A stretch of 5,448 nt of DNA, taken from assembly GCF_006345805.1 (NCBI RefSeq), contig NW_021830026.1, forward strand, positions 1 through 5,448, in the 5' to 3' direction. This DNA is from Octopus sinensis. Its lineage: Eukaryota. How positions within the stretch are numbered: position 1 is the first letter of the stretch; every line of letters begins with the position of its first letter. Below the pieces are notes generated by a model. It saw only the letters and a list, made by a program, of their open reading frames with translations, made no database searches and was not told the origin of the DNA. Of this stretch, positions 1 through 5,448 are shown piece after piece. The position numbers and the translations under genes are program-made.

Positions 1-395
1 GTCTCCCGTGGCCTTTAGCACAACTTCACAAGCCAGCCCCTACTCAAATCGTCCTGTCGAAAGACCCTTGTCCTACGTCCTGTTTTGTTTTGTTGTTTAT
101 TTTTTATTTTCACCGTTATTGTTTTTACGTTTTTGTATTCTTATTGGTGTCACGTATTCTGTATTTTTGTTTGTGTACTTCGATCGTTTTCCGTCCTTTC
201 GTTGTATACATTCGAAGCTTTGGGCTGGCCATATCGGAGCAATCTCAAGATTAATCAGCCGAAATTGCTAAGATGATCTGGTTCTTGACTGATGACTGAG
301 GGCTTCGAATGTCCCGTCCTGTGGTTCTTGTGTCGTCTCTGTGGTGTTTCATGTTCTTGTCCATGTCTGTCTTAATTTTACTGTTTACCTATATA
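1..395 (+). mobile_element. Direct repeat X, copy 1 (may extend left of the window); putative pseudo-LTR of a Penelope-like or retrozyme-like element
   Basis: Seen: near-identical to 734-1135 (about 10 differences, nearly all 1-2 nt indels); ends in TTTACCTATATA and contains a hammerhead-like core. Inference: partial tandem direct repeats that carry hammerheads are typical of Penelope-like elements and retrozymes. The duplication is certain; the family call is not. Confidence 0.6.
238..304 (+). ncRNA. Candidate hammerhead ribozyme with permuted (pseudoknotted) strand order, copy 1
   Basis: Seen: stem III AGCAAT 238-243 / ATTGCT 264-269; predicted cleavage after AUC (C244); stem I TCAAGA 245-250 / TCTTGA 283-288; CTGATGA 289-295; GAAA 261-264. 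Stem II is only 4 bp: either CTGA 296-299 / TCAG 255-258 with CC bulged, or GGCT 301-304 / AGCC 257-260 with a 5-nt insertion after A9. Confidence 0.5.
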
Positions 396-470
396 ATCGC
401 GCGGCTACGTATCCACAATTGTCCTTATACGATAAGTATATTTTTTCTCAAGCTTTGATACGACTCTTAA

Positions 471-663
471 TCTGTCTCTTTTTCTCTCTCTCTCCCTCCC
501 TCCTTATTCCACTTCCGTTCTTTCCTCTCCATCCGTCCCCCCCCCTTTCTACGTTTCTCTATCTCTCTCACCTCCAGCCCCTCGATCTGTCTCTTTCTTC
601 TCCTCCCTCGTCCACCTTCTCTCCCCTTTTCATCTGTCCCTTTCTCCTGTCTTTGTGTTTCTC
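471..663. repeat. Polypyrimidine (CT-rich) low-complexity tract in the spacer between the X copies
   Basis: Seen: about 190 nt that are very largely C/T on the + strand, including C9 at 537-545. Confidence 0.9.
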
Positions 664-733
664 ACGTGACAGCTAGCCGCTGTTGAGCGCTCTTTTCGTT
701 TTCAGCAGCCTCAGAAGCAACACGGATTTGTTC

Positions 734-1135
734 GTCTCCCCGTGGCCTTTAGGCACACAACTTCACAAGCCAGCCCCTACTCAAACGTCCTGTCGAAAGA
801 CCCTTGTCCTACGTCTCTGTTTTGTTTTGTTGTTTATTTTTATTTTCACCGTTATTGTTTTTAACGTTTTTGTATTCTTATTGGTGTCACGTATTCTGTA
901 TTTTTGTTTGTGTACTTCGATCGTTTTCCGTCCTTTCGTTGTATACATTCGAAGCTTTGGGCTGGCCATATCGGAGCAATCTCAAGATTAATCAGCCGAA
1001 ATTGCTAAAGATGATCTGGTTCTTGACTGATGACTGAGGGCTTCGAATGTCCCGTCCTGTGGTTCTTGTGTCGTCTCTGTGGTGTTTTCATGTTCTTGTC
1101 CATGTCTGTATTTTAATTTTACTGTTTACCTATAT
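734..1135 (+). mobile_element. Direct repeat X, copy 2; 3' end runs into (TA)n
   Basis: Seen: GTCTCCCCGTGGCC at 734 through TTTACC-TATATA at about 1135 aligns end to end with 1-395. Confidence 0.6.
975..1042 (+). ncRNA. Candidate permuted hammerhead ribozyme, copy 2
   Basis: Seen: AGCAAT 975-980, C981, TCAAGA 982-987, TCAGCC 992-997, GAAA 998-1001, TTGCT 1002-1006, TCTTGA 1021-1026, CTGATGA 1027-1033, CTGA 1034-1037. Identical to copy 1 except one extra A in the unpaired linker. Confidence 0.5.
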
Positions 1136-1240
1136 ATATATATATATATATTATACAATACTCACTTATATATATGCATGTCTACATATGTATACATGTA
1201 TGACTATGGACGTGTTTGCATACATAATATACATAGTGAG
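1131..1240. repeat. (TA)n microsatellite and AT-rich low-complexity flank
   Basis: Seen: pure TA run 1131-1151, then degenerate TA/CA. Confidence 0.9.
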
Positions 1241-1260
1241 AGAGGGCCAGAGACAGAGAA

Positions 1261-1288
1261 ACAGACAGACAGACAGATAGATAGATAT

Positions 1289-1370
<82 letters not shown>
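1261..1370. repeat. Compound (GACA)n-(GATA)n microsatellite
   Basis: Seen: GACA units 1261-1275 grading into a long GATA array that ends at 1370. Confidence 0.97.
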
Positions 1371-1510
1371 TTCTCGTATACGAGCAAAGCCATTGCTAGA
1401 AAGAATCATTGAAATCAATAATTGCCGATGCAATGTGTGGCCCTTGTATGACCCTTGAGTCCGGCCAAAGATTTTCACATACATGCATATATATATATAT
1501 ATATATATAT

Positions 1511-1737
1511 TTCTTTACTGCCCACAAAGGGCTAAACATAGAGGGGACAAACAAGGACAGACAAAGAGATTAAGTCGATTACATCGACCCCAGTGCGTAA
1601 CTGGTACTTTATTTATCGACCCCGAAAGGATGAAAGGCAAAGTCAACCTCGGCGGAATTTGAACTCAGAACGTAACGGCGGACGAAATACGGCTACGCAT
1701 TTCGCCCGGCGTGCTAACGTTTCTGCCAGCTCACCGC
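1511..1737 (-). mobile_element. tRNA-derived SINE (family A), near full length, inserted in (TA)n
   Basis: Seen on minus: GCGGTGAGCTGGCAGAAACGTTAG head with A-box-like TGGCAGAAACG (1718-1728), B-box GTTCAAATTCC (1654-1664), central GCCTTTCATCCTTTCGGGGTCGATAAATAAAGTACCAG (1601-1638); TA runs on both sides (1488-1510, 1739-1751). Resembles an abundant Octopus SINE (from memory). Confidence 0.9.
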
Positions 1738-1750
1738 GTATATATATATA

Positions 1751-2163
1751 TACTCTTTACTCTCTTTTTACTCTTTTACTTGTTTCAGGCATTTGACTGC
1801 GGCCATGCTGGAGCACCACCTTTAGTCGAGCAAATAGACCCCGGGACTTATTCTTTGTAAACCCAGTACTTATTCTATCGGTCTCTTTTGCCGAACCGCT
1901 AAGTGAAGGGGACGTAAACACACCAGCACCGGTTGTCAAGCAATGCTAGTGAGACAAACACAGACACACACACACATACACAAACATACATATATATATA
2001 TATACGACAGGCTTCTTTCAGTTTCCGTTTACCAAATCCACTCACAAGGCATTGGTCGGCCCGGGGCTATAGCAGAAGACACTTGCCCAAGATGCCACGC
2101 AGTGGGACTGAACCCGGAACCATGTGGTTGGTTAGCAAGCTACTTACCACACAGCCACTCCTG
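1751..2163 (-). mobile_element. tRNA-derived SINE (family B) with CORE-like segment, internal microsatellite and (TAAAAGAG)-type tail
   Basis: Seen on minus: A-box TGGCTGTGTGG (2147-2157), B-box GGTTCAGTCCC (2104-2114), TGGCATCTTGGGCAAGTGTCTTCT (2074-2097) similar to the CORE-SINE motif CCTTGGGCAAGT, internal TA/TG repeat (about 1955-2004), short tandem tail at 1751-1780. Confidence 0.88.
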
Positions 2164-2200
2164 TATATATGTATAAATTTACATATTTATATATGTATGT

Positions 2201-2266
<66 letters not shown>

Positions 2267-2364
2267 GTGTGTGTGTGTGGTGGTGTGTGTGTGTGTGTTT
2301 GTTTGTATATAAATATAGATAAGTATATATAGATAAGTATATATATATATATATATATATATAT
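2164..2364. repeat. Compound (TA)n/(TG)n microsatellite block
   Basis: Seen directly. Confidence 0.95.
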
Positions 2365-2367
2365 GGA

Positions 2368-2440
2368 AGTAGAAGGTCCGAATTCGGTAGAATTTGAACC
2401 CAGAAATCTAATGTTTGCTGCGCTACTATACTGCCATACC
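2368..2440 (-). mobile_element. Decayed fragment of a family-A-like SINE (B-box region)
   Basis: Seen: TTCGGTAGAATTTGAACCCAGAA resembles CTCGGCGGAATTTGAACTCAGAA at 1648-1670. Boundaries approximate. Confidence 0.5.
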
Positions 2441-2509
2441 TACACATGATGAAGATGCTGACCACATATTTTCGGGGTAGGTGGAGTAATATAAACGAAT
2501 ACATGGAAT

Positions 2510-2636
2510 CGAGGTACATGATTCGGACTGATTTTATCATCCCTGGAAAATGGTACGATAAAGCCAGATTTCGGATGTTTTGAACTCAAAACGTAGACCA
2601 AGGGATGAGCGAATCGCCGTCGACCATTCCACCGCC
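2510..2636 (-). mobile_element. Older, diverged family-A-like SINE copy
   Basis: Seen: GGACTGATTTTATCATCCCTGGAAAATGGTACGATAAAGCCAGATTTCGGATGTTTTGAACTCAAAACGTA is colinear with 1603-1674 of the intact copy; CACCGCC at 2630-2636 matches the SINE 5' end. Confidence 0.65.
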
Positions 2637-2949
2637 CAACAGTTATAGAAATATTATTAATATTGCTACAATTATCACTACGGAAGTCTGTTCCTATTTC
2701 CTATTCATAACTGTCAAGACAAAATTTCCCTCCCTTTTCTTTTGCAACACCCTTTTCTTTCTTTCCCTTCGCAAACGGCTCCCATTTCAACCAGTCCCCT
2801 ATGCTATCTCCACCCTGCATTCTAGCAATCCAGTCCAGTTCCTCCCCCTCTACCGCCTTCTTTTCTCCTTACCAAACTTGAAACATATGGTCGTCATTTC
2901 TCAATGTAATTTATCAACCAGAAAGAAAACAATATCTGCACAACACAAA

Positions 2950-3026
2950 CCTTCTTTTCTCTCTTTCTCTCTCCCACTCTTTGTCTCTCTGTCTATCTAA
3001 CTATCTCTCTATCTCTCTTTCTCCAG
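2950..3026. repeat. CT-rich low-complexity tract
   Basis: Seen: (CT)n/(CTAT)-like run ending in CTCCAG. Confidence 0.85.
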
Positions 3027-3237
3027 ACTCCGACGGAAAATAATCTAACAAGACAGAATGTAACCTAAACCCAATCAAGTAGAAATGAGGAATTCTTCAA
3101 AGTAAAAATACTATTTGTTTCTATGTCTTCTCCGAAATCTCTTTTGTCTAATTCGTTCTGTTTTTTTTTTTTGTTTTTTTGTTTTTTTTTTCTGATACAT
3201 TTCTTTATTCATATATATTTTTTTTCTTCACTTCTAT

Positions 3238-3277
<40 letters not shown>

Positions 3278-3320
3278 GCAGCAACATTTACAACAATAAC
3301 AATGACGACAACGCCAACAA
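3238..3320. repeat. (AAC)n microsatellite
   Basis: Seen: pure 3238-3276, then degenerate AGC/AAT/GAC units. Confidence 0.97.
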
Positions 3321-3507
3321 AAATATAGTTTTATTATTGACAAAGTACAAGATGGAAAACATAGCAAGAGTTCACCGTTTTGTAAACAGAGATATCTCGC
3401 AGTCCAAGGCATAAACAGGTTTCTTTTAGAGATATCGTATATGAATATGCATGGCGAGAGCAATTCACAAGTTGTACAGAAAAGAATCGAGTTTTTCTGA
3501 TTTTATT

Positions 3508-3509
<2 letters not shown>

Positions 3510-3576
<67 letters not shown>
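3510..3576. repeat. (CAT)n microsatellite
   Basis: Seen: one CGT interruption; source of the poly-Asp ORF artefact. Confidence 0.97.
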
Positions 3577-3579
<3 letters not shown>

Positions 3580-3756
3580 AGCAGTAGCATTTATTTGTGC
3601 GCTCTTTTTGGTATTGATTAAAAATTTAGGTGCCACTTGTTAAAAAGTTTGTACATATTCATGGGGAAATTGGTGGTACATAATGTTATTTATGTAATCG
3701 GCCGATGGGGCCTCGCAGTGTTATGATAAGGACGCCCTCCTTTCCACAAATGTGAA

Positions 3757-3801
3757 TGTGTGCGCGTGTTTCTGTGTGCGCGTGTTTCTGTGTGCGCGTG
3801 T
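3757..3801. repeat. 16-bp tandem repeat TGTGTGCGCGTGTTTC x2.8
   Basis: Seen: units start at 3757, 3773 and 3789. Confidence 0.9.
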
Positions 3802-4051
3802 ATATGTGCTTATGTGTGCGTGCGACAGAGATGGGGAAGGGAGAATTTGTCGCTATGTTTCCAACGCATTCAACGAGTCTTGGAGAAAGAAGAATTTTTG
3901 TTATGTATCTAATGTTGGCATTGCATTCGCTATCAGAATAATTCTTGAGATGGGGGGGAGGGGTTATCAGAGGGATGCAACTGACAAAAATATTTTTCTA
4001 ACGTTAGCCGAAGCAGAATGGTTATCATCGCAGATATAAGAATTTGCAGCA

Positions 4052-4332
4052 AACACACACACACACACACTCACACATACAAACAGAAAGATAGAGAGAG
4101 GTGGGGGGAGAAAAGAGAAAATTCACATATACGTGTATTTAGATGCGCGCATACACATGTAAGTACATATATATATATAATTATATATATATAATATATA
4201 TACATATATATATAGGTATGTATGTATTATATATATATATATATATATATAATGGTGTGTGTATATATAGGTGTGTGTGTATAAATATGTATAATATATA
4301 TATGTTTATATGACTATGTATATATATATGTG

Positions 4333-4363
<31 letters not shown>

Positions 4364-4551
4364 GAATGTATATATATGTGTGTGTGTATATATATATATA
4401 TATACGTGTATGTATATGCATGTATAGAAATACATACATACATACATAATTACATACAAACATGCATAGATACACAGTCACACACGCTTGCTAGTAGATA
4501 TATGTACGTATGTGTTCATACAATGTAACCCATTCACACACGCGCGCACAC
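4052..4551. repeat. Compound (AC)n/(AG)n/(TA)n/(TG)n low-complexity block
   Basis: Seen directly. Confidence 0.9.
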
Positions 4552-4967
4552 ATGAAAGAGTGAAGACACAAGCAAATAAAAGCAATTGTCATTCATTATT
4601 GAATAAAGAAAACAATTAAATAAAGCAAAACATTTAAATTAATTCATTTTAAAAACACGTCAAAGCACATTGGTCAGGGAACAAAAACAATTGAAAGAGA
4701 GAAAAAACCCAGCAAAGTTGGCAAGCGGCTTGTATGAAGTGTAATGGCGTTTATCGCAATTGACAGGCACGACTCAAATAGTCCCGCCTTGAGAAGCTTG
4801 CATATATTTTCCAGTTATACTTTCTGTCAATATTTAAATATATTTGAAAACAGCTTGGAAGTTGGAAGAATTAAAGTGATTATCAAAGGTTTATCTCCAA
4901 TCAACGCCATATCTATACGGCATCTTTTTAATTTGAAGGAAAGCTGGAGGCTCGCTTTATTTTAACT

Positions 4968-5228
4968 TTAAATAAGGAATTTTATATAAAGCAGTTAATG
5001 GCGTATGCTTTCGCTTCTCTTGTTTTGTATTTGAGGATTTTTTCTTTCTTTACAAATGTTTTCGGTTTTACGAATTTCTATTCATTTAATTATTGATATC
5101 ATTTTTGCTGCTATTCCTATTGTTAAGTGGTATTTCTTGTTCAAATATCTGGAGAAGTAGTAGTCGTAATAATTCTTATGGTTAGAGCTATTGTGGAGGC
5201 GGATGGATTTTGTTGTTTTATTTCTAGA
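4968..5228 (-). pseudogene. Decayed C-terminal part of a Penelope-like element GIY-YIG endonuclease
   Basis: Hand translation in one minus frame: SRNKTTKSIRLHNSSNHKNYYDYYFSRYLNKKYHLTIGIAAKMISIIK*IEIRKTENICKERKNPQIQNKRSESIRH*LLYIKFLI*. Motif order matches the remembered PLE endonuclease tail H.SS...Y...S.Y...W.I..K...LC..EK...LNKRSE(9 aa)KFL, including the 9-residue NKRSE-to-KFL spacing. Two internal stops; the Trp and one Cys are lost. Confidence 0.55.
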
Positions 5229-5299
5229 GAGAAATCATTTCTGCAATTCTTTGTTTGTGTGATTGCGATTGTTCTTCTCACTGATACGTTTTAAGGAAT

Positions 5300-5348
5300 A
5301 CACTCATGATGATGATCACGGTGATCTAAACGCTGCTGCCGAAAGTGT
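5300..5348 (+). other. Possible dead type I hammerhead remnant, inverted relative to the endonuclease fragment
   Basis: Seen: ATGATGA-T-GATCAC-G-GTGATC-TAAAC (5306-5331) versus the pattern CTGATGA-T-stem II-GAAAC; ACACT 5300-5304 can pair with AGTGT 5344-5348. Several core mismatches, and it lies beside a (GAT)n-rich region. Confidence 0.3.
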
Positions 5349-5377
5349 TGGTGATGAGAATAAGATATGTACGATGA

Positions 5378-5403
5378 GGATGATGATGATGATGATAATA
5401 GTA

Positions 5404-5448
<45 letters not shown>
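5378..5448. repeat. Compound (GAT)n-(AAT)n microsatellite running off the window
   Basis: Seen directly. Confidence 0.97.

Noticed and set aside
219-265. Minus-strand hammerhead-like string CTGATTA...GATA-TGGCCA
   Set aside because: Three core mismatches and no stem II in register.
289-320. Conventional type I hammerhead reading CTGATGA-CTGAGGGCTTC-GAATGTC
   Set aside because: A15.1 is missing and the sequence after GTC (CCGTCC) does not pair with the bases before CTGATGA.
8-1037. Hydrophobic ORFs resembling membrane proteins
   Set aside because: Caused by T-rich and CT-rich composition; reading frames are not preserved between the two X copies.
1-1135. True LTR retrotransposon or CRISPR array
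   Set aside because: No TG...CA termini, primer-binding site or gag/pol between the repeats; no short repeats with unique spacers; eukaryotic context.
1373-1384. 12-bp palindrome CTCGTATACGAG
   Set aside because: Isolated, with no supporting context; plausible by chance.
1654-2163. tRNA genes suggested by A and B boxes
   Set aside because: No complete cloverleaf or acceptor stem; the boxes run into SINE bodies and tails.
1047-2540. ORFs rich in YI/IY, LSIY, DR and CV repeats
   Set aside because: They are translations of (TA)n, (GATA)n and (TG)n arrays and SINE bodies; no domain signal.
3209-3636. Poly-Cys and poly-Asp ORFs
   Set aside because: They come from the (AAC)n and (CAT)n microsatellites; flanking residues resemble no known protein.
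4744-4965. 73-aa plus-strand ORF
   Set aside because: No recognisable motif; probably antisense to the 3' region of the decayed Penelope-like element.

Overview
Eukaryotic, repeat-dense, apparently non-coding DNA; the SINE families look like those of octopus/coleoid cephalopods (recognised from memory, not by search). No intact protein-coding gene is supported: most listed ORFs are microsatellite or low-complexity artefacts and none of the rest resembles a known protein. Left to right: (i) a direct repeat X (1-395 and 734-1135) separated by a pyrimidine-rich spacer and ending in (TA)n, resembling a Penelope-like pseudo-LTR or retrozyme arrangement; (ii) two tRNA-derived SINEs on the minus strand embedded in (TA)n, plus two decayed SINE fragments; (iii) many microsatellites; (iv) a decayed Penelope-like GIY-YIG endonuclease C-terminus on the minus strand, next to a possible dead hammerhead in the opposite orientation. 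Most interesting: each X copy holds the hammerhead ribozyme core (CUGAUGA, GAAA, AUC cleavage triplet) with perfect 6-bp stems I and III, but the three strands are in a non-canonical order that can only fold as a pseudoknot or in trans. Stem II is imperfect and activity is untested.
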